This document shows positions 43,559 to 54,304 of a DNA stretch of 64,000 nt, one piece after another. The DNA lies in assembly GCF_011745625.1 (NCBI RefSeq), contig NW_027191456.1, forward strand, positions 620,001 through 684,000. The letters run 5' to 3'. Source of the DNA: Cladosporium halotolerans (lineage: Eukaryota). Within the stretch, counting starts at the first letter, position 1; each line of letters starts with the position of its first letter. Under the pieces are notes generated by a model. It had not been told where the DNA came from, did not search any database, and saw only the letters and a program-made list of their open reading frames with translations. The translations under genes were made by a program, and so were the position numbers.

Positions 43559-44054
43559 TTAGTGGGCGGCGTGGCCCTCCTCCTCCTCGACGGGCTCCTC
43601 GAACCAGTCCTGCTCCGCGGGCGCCTCGCCAGTCTCGCCGGACTGACCCTCAACTTCGGGGACCTGGCTCTCGTAGGCCTTGAGCTCGCTGGCAATGTCG
43701 GCCTCTTCGGGAGAGGGCGGGGCCTTGGGGAGGTTGAACTTGAGGACGTGGCCCTCGGCGTCGCTGGCCTTGACCGGGGGTGCCTTGTAGGCCTTCAGCT
43801 CCTTGAGGTACATGTCCTGGACCAGGTCGGCTGTGCGATGGTTAGTCTTTGGCGAGTTCTTGAGAGGCTAGGTGGTATGTCGTACCCTTGGCGATGGCCG
43901 AGACGGCGAAGGTGCGGCGCAGGGTGGTGTTCTGCTGGCGGGCGACTCTGGCGAGCGATTGGCGCTGCTGAGGTTAGCTGGCTGCCATTCTGCGCGCGTG
44001 CGGCGGAGCGGAGCGGTGACATACCGAGGCCCTCATGACTGACTGGGAGAACAT
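43559..44054 (-). CDS. ATP14: Mitochondrial ATP synthase subunit h; 2 introns
   Basis: Spliced MFSQSVMRAS|RQSLARVARQQNTTLRRTFAVSAIAK|ADLVQDMYLKELKAYK...ELKAYESQVPEVEG...DWFEE. Confidence 0.9.
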
Positions 44055-44937
44055 GTTGACGGGTGTTGTGGGGGTGATGTTGGCGCGATGGACGTGACCT
44101 CCTTCCTGCGCTGTCCGTGAAGCTGCTGTGCTGCTGTCTGCGGTCGCCCTTCGCTGCAAAAGCTCGGACGCCCCGGCCGCCTGCGCTCGGGATGGCCCGC
44201 CTCGGCCTCCGCTTCCTAAGCCTTTACATTCCTCAGGTGCCTGGGCCAACCTGCTCGCCTCCTCCACCACCACCCTCACCATCACCTCCCGCACTCACAC
44301 CCTGCTTGTCGCAGACTGCGCTCCCCGATTGCCCGACCGCACCAGCTCGTACTGAAAGTCTCAGTTTGCTGGTCCTGTCTCACTGCGGCGATTTGCCAGC
44401 GTGCTCTAACGGCCGACATCTGCGAGAACCGCCTTCTCACGGACGCCTTCACTGGTTCGACGGCCGGACAACGCAGCACTATCTCATCCCATCTCTTCCC
44501 ACTCTGACTACGACCTGGCTCAACCCTGTATCCACCGCGACCCGTCACACAAGTGAGGGTGAGTGCTTGCTACGGCGATCCGTGATTGCCTGCTGTCACG
44601 CGACGGAGCACGCGCATCCTCACCAGGTGGCGATTCTGATCACTGGCATCACCAAGTTTTGCGCTTGCCCACAATTCTTGGAGCACATCAAGACGTTTGG
44701 CTGACGCTGCCTGATCACGTAGTTGCGATCATCCAGCGCGCGGCGAAAGCCTAGCCTTACGTAACCCGGGATCAATCTTGCAACACCGCCAACACGTATT
44801 CCCCACTCTTCGTCCGATCTTTTGCGAGAAACCACAAACTTCGCATCACTGCGAAAGGCATCAAGAGACGTGCGTCAGAGCGTTTTGAGGACGCTCACAA
44901 GAGGCCCGAACTTTCTTCCCGCAAACCACTAGCCGCT

Positions 44938-46086
44938 ATGGCACAAGTGCTCTCACCGGGGCAAGTTTTAGAGGCCCCAGTGCCTAAGAAGGAGGATGAC
45001 GAGTGGCGTGAGAACTTGAACGTCAGGATGATCTGCCCCGACTGTCGCGAGGACCCGCCGGATCTCTACGAGGACCACGCGAGTGGTGATATGATTTGCA
45101 CGAGCTGTGGTCTGGTGCTTTCGCAACGCAACATCGATGTCAGCTCTGAATGGCGTACCTTCTCCAATGACGACCAGGGCAACGATGACCCATCACGTGT
45201 CGGTGACGGCCCGAACGCCCTCCTCAACGGTGCTCAGCTCAACACTGGCATTGCTTTTGGTGAAGGCATGAGGAGTAAGGACCTGCATCGCGCTCAGAAC
45301 AAGGCCAATACCGACAAGACGAACAAGGGTCTTCTCATGGCGTACAAGCAAATTGGCGCCCTCTGTGACGGATGGCAACTCCCGGGCTCCGTGTCTGACA
45401 CCGCGAAGCACATGTTCAAGGACGCGAGCGAGAGCGGATTGTTCAAAGGCAAGACCCAGGAGGCTTTGATTGCGGGCTGCCTTTTCCTCGCTTGCCGTCG
45501 CAATCAGGTCCCTCGTACATTCCGTGAAGTCACGGACCTCACTAGGGTCAGCAAGAAGGAAATCGGCCGTATCTTCAAGACCCTCGAGGACTTCTTCCGC
45601 AAGCGCGAGAAGGAGAGAGCCAACGGGGACGGTACGGCCATGATCGGTGGAGGTAAGTTCTTCTGCTTGTCCCTTGATGAAGTCCATTTGATACTAAACC
45701 TGTGCTCTGAAGGCACCATCGTGACTCAAGAAGCATATGTCGGCTCCACCCAGGCCGACCCCAGCGACCTGTGCAACCGCTTCTGCAGCTTGCTCGAGAT
45801 GGACCAGAAAGCTACGAACGTCGCTATTCAGCTCGCCGCCAAGCTCAAGGAGACCGGAGGCCTCGCAGGACGCTCCCCGCTCTCTGCGGCTGCGGCGGCC
45901 ATCTTCATGGCCGGCCATCTCATGGACCAGCCCAAGTCCGCCAAAGAGATCTCTGGCGTTGCGAAGGTTAGCGACTCGACCATTCGCCAGGCATACAAGT
46001 TGCTCTACCAAGACAAGGATGTCTTGATTGATGCCGATCTCATCAACCGCGGGGTGAATGTCGAGAAGCTGCCGAAACCCGCGTAG
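44938..46086 (+). CDS. SUA7: Transcription initiation factor TFIIB; in-frame 60-nt intron 45653-45712
   Basis: Zn ribbon CPDC...CTSCG, B-reader EWRTFSNDD..DPSRVG, and cyclin repeats (PRTFREV, KKEIGR, GRSPLS). Confidence 0.97.
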   Translation: MAQVLSPGQVLEAPVPKKEDDEWRENLNVRMICPDCREDPPDLYEDHASGDMICTSCGLVLSQRNIDVSSEWRTFSNDDQGNDDPSRVGDGPNALLNGAQLNTGIAFGEGMRSKDLHRAQNKANTDKTNKGLLMAYKQIGALCDGWQLPGSVSDTAKHMFKDASESGLFKGKTQEALIAGCLFLACRRNQVPRTFREVTDLTRVSKKEIGRIFKTLEDFFRKREKERANGDGTAMIGGGKFFCLSLDEVHLILNLCSEGTIVTQEAYVGSTQADPSDLCNRFCSLLEMDQKATNVAIQLAAKLKETGGLAGRSPLSAAAAAIFMAGHLMDQPKSAKEISGVAKVSDSTIRQAYKLLYQDKDVLIDADLINRGVNVEKLPKPA

Positions 46087-46932
46087 TGCGAACGGCATCT
46101 CGTAATGGATTTCTGCATCTATCACGGATTGCCGGGGTTTCCCCCTCTGCCGAAGGGAAGGCCGAAGAAGGAAAAGCAGGTCCAACAGAAGGTGAAGAAA
46201 GAGGAACAGGACGAAGGCATCTGAAGGTGATTCTTCTAGCCATGGCCTGTGAGAGCCAATTCTCGTTTCTTTCACTCGGACCACTGTCACTGTACTTTGC
46301 TTTCCGAAAGTTCACCATACACACGCAAAAGCGAGGTTTTCTGGATCAAAGTTTGTTTGATGCTGATTGCGATTAATGACGAAACCAATAAAAAAAAGAT
46401 GCCTGTTGGCTCTGATTTTTCGAAGAAGTTTGCTAGCGTTCAATGAGGTTCAGCGCGCTGTGGAGCACCGCGCCATGTTCGAATAGAAGAAGATACTTAT
46501 GATACCCTGGGAAAATACCAAAAAACTGCTGTTGCTGCTAGTCAGTTCCATTTCCCAATTCGTCCGTCGCACGTTATCAGTCTCCACAGGACAGCGAACC
46601 ATTCCTCCTTAAGCGTGTGCACGGGGCCGAGGCATCATTCCACTAGTACCGCCCATCTCCCGCGCGCTGTACTCGCTTGTGACGTTTCCATCCACCACAC
46701 GCCACTATGCGCGCCGGAATGGTGACATCCGTCCCGCTCCATCAGATGGACGCCGCGTGTGATTATTGTGTCTAGGTAGGCTGTGCAGGTGGACGTTCGA
46801 ATCTGTTTATTTTCTACGTCAACCAGGTCTATTTTCTAGAATTCGTTCCGTCTCCTTTGGGCGGACGTCTGTGTTTTGCGACAACAGTACACTTACCTAC
46901 AGCGATAACGACTATCCTACGGGCTTGCAAAA

Positions 46933-48423
46933 ATGGACGGCGGATTGATCAAACTTTTGGCTCCGCAGATACCATCGCTGGCGAACACGACATTATGGCA
47001 CACCCTCGGCATGACCCAGACAAGCAACCACTGGGACCTCCGGACTGCTCTCACCGTACAAGTGTTGCGATCCATCATGAGTGGCAACGGCCACGAACCT
47101 TCTCCCGTTGGCAAAGTGCAGGCCTCAACCCTCAAAGACCCAGGCGTCAAGGGCAAGACGTGGGTTGCGAAAGCGACGATTCCGGCCCCCAGAGAAAACC
47201 AGGAGGGAATCCGTCACGCCGTCTTCAAGGCCATCGACGAGCTGTCTAATGGCAAGCCCGAATACACACACCCAAACCTCGTCGACACTGAGGTCGAATG
47301 GACTGGGTTCAGACCCAATGCCGGCAACAATGAGAGCATGCCCAACATTAGCGAGGAGGAAAAGTACAAGCGCCTGATGGCCGAGCCCACGCGCACGAGC
47401 GACACCACCATCCTCTACTTCCACGGCGGCGCCTACTACCTCTGCGACCCCTCCACGCACCGCAACCTCACCTCGCGCCTGGCCAAAGAAAGCGGCGCCC
47501 GCGTCTGCAGCGTCCGCTACCGCCTCGCGCCCCAAGCCGCCTTCCCCTCCCAGCTCCTTGACGCCCTCATGGTCTACCTCTCCCTCCTCTACCCACCCCC
47601 GGGCTCCCTCCACGAGCCCATCCCAGCCTCCAAAATCGTCCTGGCGGGCGACAGCGCCGGCGGCAACCTCGTCTTCGCCCTCCTCCAGTTCCTCCTGCAC
47701 CTGCACCGCACAGCCCCCACGGACTCCTCCACCCCGCCCCTCCTCCGCTTCCACGGCGCCCAAGTCCCCGCCCCCCTCCCCGCTGCCGCCTCCGCCGCTG
47801 CCGCCTGGCTCGACATCTCCCGCGCCCTGCCCTCCATCACCCACAACGAGAAATACGACTACCTGCCGCCGCCCAACCACTCCGACGCGACCGCCCGCTA
47901 CCCGCCCGACGCCATCTGGCCCTCCGACCCGCCGCGCGGCGACCTCTTCTGCACGCTCGACCTCCTCGACCACCCGCTCGTGTCGCCCGTGCTGGCCGAC
48001 TCCTGGGCCGGCGCCCCGCCGCTGTTCCTCAACACCGGCGAGGAAATGCTCACGGACGAAATCAAGTTCCTCGCGGCGCGCGCGGCGCAGCAGGGCGTCG
48101 CGGTCGAGTTCGAGCAGTACCAGGCCATGCCGCACTGTTTCGCGATGCTGCTGCCGGGGCTGCCGACGAGCGTGAGGTGTGTGCGGGCGTGGGGGGAGTT
48201 CTGTAGGAAGGTGGGAGAGGGAGGTGGGATGGAGGGTTGGGTGGGCGAGACGAAGGGGACGTGGGTTGAGGCGAGGACGGGGCGCGAGGAACAGCGGGAG
48301 GTGGCGGAGTTGAGTGATGGGTTGGGGATGGAGGAGGTAAGGAGGTTGGTGGGCGAGGCGAAGGGGAAGAGAGTGGCGGGGTTTGAGGGCGAGGCGAAGA
48401 CGTTGCCGAAGGCGGCGCTTTAG
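46933..48423 (+). CDS. Alpha/beta hydrolase of the hormone-sensitive-lipase family (Say1-like acetyl hydrolase/lipase)
   Basis: YFHGGAY, YRLAPQ, GDSAGG nucleophile motif, EMLTDE and MPHCF. Confidence 0.88.
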   Translation: MDGGLIKLLAPQIPSLANTTLWHTLGMTQTSNHWDLRTALTVQVLRSIMSGNGHEPSPVGKVQASTLKDPGVKGKTWVAKATIPAPRENQEGIRHAVFKAIDELSNGKPEYTHPNLVDTEVEWTGFRPNAGNNESMPNISEEEKYKRLMAEPTRTSDTTILYFHGGAYYLCDPSTHRNLTSRLAKESGARVCSVRYRLAPQAAFPSQLLDALMVYLSLLYPPPGSLHEPIPASKIVLAGDSAGGNLVFALLQFLLHLHRTAPTDSSTPPLLRFHGAQVPAPLPAAASAAAAWLDISRALPSITHNEKYDYLPPPNHSDATARYPPDAIWPSDPPRGDLFCTLDLLDHPLVSPVLADSWAGAPPLFLNTGEEMLTDEIKFLAARAAQQGVAVEFEQYQAMPHCFAMLLPGLPTSVRCVRAWGEFCRKVGEGGGMEGWVGETKGTWVEARTGREEQREVAELSDGLGMEEVRRLVGEAKGKRVAGFEGEAKTLPKAAL

Positions 48424-48662
48424 GTTTGTGTATGATTTGGCACTGGCGATGGCGATGCGATGGGTGGCGATGTTGGGAAGTGAGATAGAGATACATTTAG
48501 TAATGACAGTGACAACAACGAAACTTTTCCTCAAGACGGCATATCTGTTTTCTGCCTCCGACAATTCACACAAGGCGAGTGTACCTTGTACACATATGTT
48601 CCAAACAAAGCAAAATACTCTCGAATGAGCGGACCCATCACGGGTAGCGAGTCGTCGGGACT

Positions 48663-51008
48663 TCAAGGCTTCGTGCCCCTCCTCAACTTAGTCTTCAACC
48701 TCCCCAACCCCGTCTCTCTATGCACAACACCAAGCTTGACCTGCTCCCTCCTCTCCTCACGCCTCCTCTCGACCATCTCCTGACTAACATTGGCGAACCC
48801 GCCTCTCCGCCGGAAACACACCTCCATCAGCGCATTGACATCCAGCATACTGCGCGGACTCGTCTGCACGACCTGGAAGACCTCCATGGGATCGCTGACG
48901 GGCAAGATCTGGCGCTCGGCGGACTTGAAGATCGACAGCGCGATGCGGAAGAGCGTCTTGCTGCCCTCGAAGAACAGGCAGTCCCAGACGCGCAGCACGG
49001 ACTCGATCGGCAGCGTGCCGACGAAGAGCGACATGAACCAGGCCGTGGTGGCGAGGCTGACGGTCGGCAGGCGCAGGGCCTGCGCCGTGTCGTCGGCCGC
49101 GATGGCGCCGCCGCCGGCGCCCTTGTCGTCGAGCTTCGCCCAGACGGCGGGGAGCGCGTCTTTGATGCAGGACATCAGGACGGCGATGTCTATGTTGGCG
49201 CCTTCGAGCGTGACGCCGTGCGTTCCCGGGAGGTGCGTCGAGGTGATCATGGTGAGGAGGACGAAGGCTTGCTCTTCGTTTTGGTCGAGGAAGAGGAGGA
49301 GGAGGCCCGCGATGAAGTTGAGCGATTGACAGTAGCCTATTGATGGGTTGTGCACGGCGAAGGCTTGCAGGACACGACGGAGTGCTCGGACGATGGGCAC
49401 TTCGGGCACGTTGGATTTGCGGCCGCCGTCTGCACCGACCTGGGCATCGTGGGGGGTTGTCGGGTCAGGCTTGAAGCGCGCGTTGTCTGGGAAGGTTCGG
49501 TTCAGGTCGCGCTCAATGTGCTCGCGATCGTTGTCGCTGAGCTTGCCGGCTCGCACGTCTTCGAGCAGCCGGCGATACATTTCGGGATGTTTTGCTACAA
49601 AACCCGGGCCTCCTGAATACCACCACCATGCAGCTCCGCGCCATTCAGGAGGGATGCCTTTGCGTACGTAGCGCTTGACTTTATCGCTTTTCGGTGGAAA
49701 TCGAATCGGGTTCTCGGTACTCAGGCCGTACGACTTCATTAGAGCATGCCACTTCTTTCGTCTTCGCTCTACGTGTTCAGTGTATTTCCGATTCCACTCG
49801 TCATACTGCTGTACAGATACATGGTGCGAGCCCTTTTTGAAGCCATACCGATCGCGAGGAACAGGCTCGGGGATTACGGGCTGTTTGGCTGACCCATTGT
49901 TCGCCGCGTCTGGGAAGCCTTGGCCTCTTATGATCTGCTCCGACGTGCGCTGCGTGTCCACCGCAGGCGGCGGTGGAGGCGGAAACGCCTCTTCGAAGTT
50001 TGGCTTAATGCGGTTCAGCAGACTTGCACTCTGGCTGCGCCGGTGCATAGCCGGCGGCCGGATATGCTTCGAGACCGGACGGTGCGATTGAGCAGAGGAC
50101 GGTCTGTACTCCTGGATAGACCTCCTGCTCGAGACGTCTGTGCTTCGCTTCGGGATTTCCATGCTGCCTTTGACGCTCTCGAAACCGTCCTCGTACATGC
50201 CGATCATGTCGTCGACGTCGAAACTCTCTTTTCCTTGTTCCGTCTCGGGCCAGTTGGGATATACATGGACGAACTCGCTGTGCGAGCTGTGGCCTGTAGC
50301 CATGCTGCTGCGATCTCCAGTATGCACGCTGTCTGTGTTGGCGAAGCTCGAATGGCTCGTCAAGCCTGATCTCGAAGACTGCCTCGCTTCATCATCGATC
50401 AAACCGGGTCTGATGGCGCTGAGGGAGTCCGGAGTGTCCCTGCCATTCCGCGAGCTAGCAGAGGTGCCGCTCGTGACCCGGGATTTGATGCCTCGTATTC
50501 CATCTCCTAATGACTTCGGACTCCGTAGTTTTTTCAATTTTGTGGAAAGTCGGGGAGAAGGCGGCGGTATTTGGGGCGAAGGAGGCGGTCTCTCGTTTTC
50601 AGTGATCGTGCTGCTCGAGCTCGGCGGTTCTGGCTGCTGGGCCCTCATGTCTGGCGTCTCTCGCATTGCCTCCACGCCAGGCGGCATTCGGAAAGGTCTT
50701 TTTCCTCTCGCATCCCTGCCTGCAAAGGCATGCTCGGAGCTCGCAGAGATGTTGTCAATGTGCGGCAGCGGCTCGACTGGGGACGGATTGAAGCCGTGGG
50801 AGGTCGGTGTGAACAGCGGTCGGCTTCGGCGAGGGCCCTGCTGCTGCTGCAGGCGCTGGGCCGAGGCCTTGCGCAGCGGCAGGTGAGGTTCCGGGGCGGG
50901 CAGAGCGCTGGGGGACTCGACGAAGGGCGAGTGGGGGGTGTTCATGGCCTGGTAGAGGGCCGCGGCGACGGATGGGCTGGACGCTGCCTCAGGGCCTCTA
51001 TGCTGCAT
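48663..51008 (-). CDS. TBC-domain Rab GTPase-activating protein (Msb3/Gyp3-like)
   Basis: DRYGFKK, VRKGIPPEWRGAAW, IERDLNRTFP (Arg finger), GYCQSLNFIAG (Gln finger) and LRVWDCLFFEG. Confidence 0.9.
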   Translation of the reverse strand: MQHRGPEAASSPSVAAALYQAMNTPHSPFVESPSALPAPEPHLPLRKASAQRLQQQQGPRRSRPLFTPTSHGFNPSPVEPLPHIDNISASSEHAFAGRDARGKRPFRMPPGVEAMRETPDMRAQQPEPPSSSSTITENERPPPSPQIPPPSPRLSTKLKKLRSPKSLGDGIRGIKSRVTSGTSASSRNGRDTPDSLSAIRPGLIDDEARQSSRSGLTSHSSFANTDSVHTGDRSSMATGHSSHSEFVHVYPNWPETEQGKESFDVDDMIGMYEDGFESVKGSMEIPKRSTDVSSRRSIQEYRPSSAQSHRPVSKHIRPPAMHRRSQSASLLNRIKPNFEEAFPPPPPPAVDTQRTSEQIIRGQGFPDAANNGSAKQPVIPEPVPRDRYGFKKGSHHVSVQQYDEWNRKYTEHVERRRKKWHALMKSYGLSTENPIRFPPKSDKVKRYVRKGIPPEWRGAAWWWYSGGPGFVAKHPEMYRRLLEDVRAGKLSDNDREHIERDLNRTFPDNARFKPDPTTPHDAQVGADGGRKSNVPEVPIVRALRRVLQAFAVHNPSIGYCQSLNFIAGLLLLFLDQNEEQAFVLLTMITSTHLPGTHGVTLEGANIDIAVLMSCIKDALPAVWAKLDDKGAGGGAIAADDTAQALRLPTVSLATTAWFMSLFVGTLPIESVLRVWDCLFFEGSKTLFRIALSIFKSAERQILPVSDPMEVFQVVQTSPRSMLDVNALMEVCFRRRGGFANVSQEMVERRREERREQVKLGVVHRETGLGRLKTKLRRGTKP

Positions 51009-51844
51009 GCGTGGAGAAGTGGTTGGACGGGTGCTGCTGCAGGGTTTGCGGAAATAGGTGGATCAACGCGCCTCCGCCGCCTCGTCATCGCTGTGAATGC
51101 AGTCGTGGCAGAGAGTGCATCGGGTGGGCGTGTGCTACCGGAGATGCAGTGGCATGCTGTGGTCGCCCGCAGGTGCCAAAATGAAGCAGGAGGGCGCTCG
51201 GTGCCGGGGCTGGCGGACCATGGGCGGGCTGGACGCTGGAGGAGCTCACCAATGCTCTGCTCGCAGGTGCGTGTGGGAGATTGCAGCGGTCGTGACTAGC
51301 AGGCGGCCGTTGGACGTCGGCGCTGCACGACCGTTGGCCAGGGCTGAGGTTGGAGCCCGTGAGCCTGTTTGCATTTCGGCTCTGCCAAACGAAGCGCGGG
51401 AGAACAACGTGCCGACGGTTCGCTGTCTCACACAAACGCCGGCCGCCGCAGGAACGCATTGGCCGAATGGGGGTGGCACGCACGCGAGCACCCATGACAC
51501 GGGGCAGACGGTGAGACTGGTGCTTGGTTTGTGGACTGCTTCGATTCTGCGTCTTCATAACAACTGGCGGGAGGTGTGAGAAACTCATCCACCACATTCA
51601 ACGCCCTAAACGCCCGTCCTTCCTCATCCTGTGGAAGGTATATATGTGGCTTTAGCCCGCGGAGCCTGCACTGAGGCAGCCGCAGTGTGCCCTATTCAAA
51701 TAGACGCCATGCATTCTAAAACCTTGCCTCGTGCCGTGTCGCTACCCCTGCTCAATGCCATGCCAATGTCGTTGACGTCGTCGCCGTGTCATCCCCAAAT
51801 GTCCAGAAAGGCGCTATCACCTGCCGCATGCAAAAATCCATCCT

Positions 51845-52428
51845 CTACGCACCCTTCGCGTATCTCTCCACCCAGTCCCTCGCGTTGTTCTCGAAAGCAG
51901 CCTTGTCGTTCTTGAACTGCTCAGCAATGCCCGTTTCCACGGCGTCGTCCGGCTGCGGCGCAGCAAGCACCGTCCTCACGAGCGCCAGCACATCCTTGAT
52001 CTTGTTCGGAGGCTTCCACTCATCTGGGCGGAGCATGCCCAAGCACATGGCTCCTCTGTCGTCGTTGGAGACGTTTGGGTGGTAGATCTTGGTCTTGAAG
52101 CTGATGCCAGGTGGCTTGAAGGGGTAGTCCTTGGGGAGTGAGACGTGGATTTTGAAGTGGCCGTCCTGGTCATTGCTGTCAGAGCATTTTCAAAATTTTA
52201 CCAAGGATGATGTTGGAATAACTCACCGCGTAGACGGACTCGGGCGGGCCCTGCATGGTGACTTCCCAGTTGTTGATGTCGCTCTCGTTGGGCAGATTGA
52301 TGGTGCATCCTGCGGGCGGCTGGGAGTTGATGTCGCCCAGCTCCTGCGGGGATTGTCAGTCATTTGTTTCTCAGCGAGGTCACTGAAGAAGCGATGCTTA
52401 CCTTCATGATGCGCTTGTTGGCGGCCAT
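51845..52428 (-). CDS. Ubiquitin-conjugating enzyme E2; 2 introns
   Basis: Spliced MAANKRIMK|ELGDI...WEVTMQGPPESVYA|DGHFKIHVSLPKDYPFKPP..FKTKIYHPNV..GAMCLGML, with the HPN motif and catalytic Cys. Confidence 0.92.
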
Positions 52429-53257
52429 GTTGGATGTTTGTCCGCCCTGCTGATCGGAGTGAGAAGCGGTCCAGAAAAAGAAAAAGTGTTTCACGAGGGA
52501 GGTCAGTGGCTCAAACGACAGTGCTATCAGTGCTTGCAAGTCGTGGTCAGAGCAGTAGAAGAGAAAGTGGCCGGCTCACGCGCGTGAAACGGCGCAGCAG
52601 CACGCAGCCGCCCATGTATGACGGAGCGCTGCATGCACGGCTGCCTTAAGGCTGACAGGCACGCTCGGGGTCCTCTCCACCCATCAAGGTCGCGAATCAC
52701 GGCTCGCGCAGCCTGAGGCTCCATGTCTTGGACGTTGCGTCACACTCCACCGTTGTCGACCATGTACAGCACATGTAGTCTAGACAAGACGCTTCGAGTA
52801 TGCAGCATCCATACATCACTCTGAACTACAGTACAACAGAGCATATGACTCTATTTCCGTGTATCTCCCAATGCGACATGGCCCAACCCAGCCTGCCGGC
52901 ACCGCCAGATCCCCAACCCCGCCGACCAAGCGATCAGCGTCGCCTTGGCCGCGTGCACCGAGGTGATTGGGCGCGCACGTGAGGACGCGATAGAGCCATG
53001 CCACATTGGGCGCCGACGAGGCTGAGGCGCACGTTGGAGGCAGGCAGAAGTGCAGGGGTGCGCGTCTCTATATAGACACCCCTCCTCGTCCGCCGTCGCG
53101 CCGCCTCGTTCTCGTCACCGCTGCAGTCAACCACCAAGTCCGCCGTCAAGGTAGGCTTCCGTGTAGCGCGCGTCGATCAACCCTCCCTCCACGCTCTTTT
53201 CACCGCGACCATTCCCTCTCTCGTTTGGACGCCCGAGCTCTCTCGCACCGACTCACC

Positions 53258-54304
53258 ATGTTCAAGCGGTCCTTTGCCGCGTCGAAAGATCGCGCGGGCA
53301 AGGCGAGAAAGGTGTCGAAACGCTCGTTTCGCGATGACGCCAAGCAGAGGATGCGCGAGGCCTTGAACGAGGCGACGACGCCTGAGACGTCTCCGTCGAT
53401 CGGAGGCGCCTCTCCCAAGCTGAACAGTGCGATCGTCACGATTGTCGTCGGCGAGGACCAGCGTCTGTTCGCCGCGCACGAGGATGTCTTGTCGCGATCT
53501 CCGTGGTTCGCTACGGCATGTCGTGATCAATTCTTCTCGACTCCAGGCCAACGCCGCATCAGTCTCCCAGACGAGGAGCCAGAGGTCTTCAGCGCCATCC
53601 TCGAGTACCTCTACAAGGGCGACTACTACCCCCGCCTTTTGCACGACAAGAAGCGGAGCACGTGGTCGCTCGAGGACGTGCAAGACCCGACAATCACCCC
53701 CCGTTCGGAACACCCGGACGATCACCCCAAGAAGTTCGTCGGCTTCAATGAGGCCGCTACAACGTACCACCACGGCGTGGGCGACTATGTCCTCCGCGAC
53801 ACAGTCATCTACTGCTCTGCGCTCCGCCTCGGCTTGCCAGACCTCCAGCGCCTTGCTCTCCGCAAGCAAGGCCTGCAGACTGGCATTGACGTCGCGACCA
53901 TCCTGCGCAGCGCACGCTTCGCTTATGCGAACACGCCGCCCAGCGACTCCCGCCTCAGAGCCCACTACCTAGCACTTGTCATCCGCAGCCGCAAGACCTT
54001 CAGGCGCAGCGGCACGATGCAGATGGAGATGGAGAAGGGAGACACGCAGTTCTTCTTTGACCTCTTCGTGGCCATGTGTAATCACATTGACGATATCTCG
54101 GAGATCGGGCAAGTCTCGCGTTTTCCTACCACTCTGTGCTGACCACGCTTCGACAGTCGGCGTTTCTGCTTTGTGCTTTATCATTTTGTTGCGTTGCTGG
54201 TTGTTGCAGTATTGCTTCGCGTCCAAATCGTCTTCCAACAGCGAAGACACAGACTAACAGACCATCTGTATAGCAACGTCCGCACCCCTGACATCAACAA
54301 GTGA
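53258..54304 (+). CDS. BTB/POZ-domain protein; terminal GC-AG intron starting at 54109
   Basis: CACCATG start; IVTIVVGEDQRLFAAHEDVL..SPWF..LPDEEPEVFSAILEYLYKGDY (BTB); ILRSARFAYANTPPSDSRLR; last exon reads (G)NVRTPDINK*. Confidence 0.85.

Noticed and set aside
53006..53257. TTG-initiated extension of the BTB gene
   Set aside because: It crosses a TATA-like element (ctatata near 53068) and a pyrimidine-rich leader; the AUG at 53258 has strong context.
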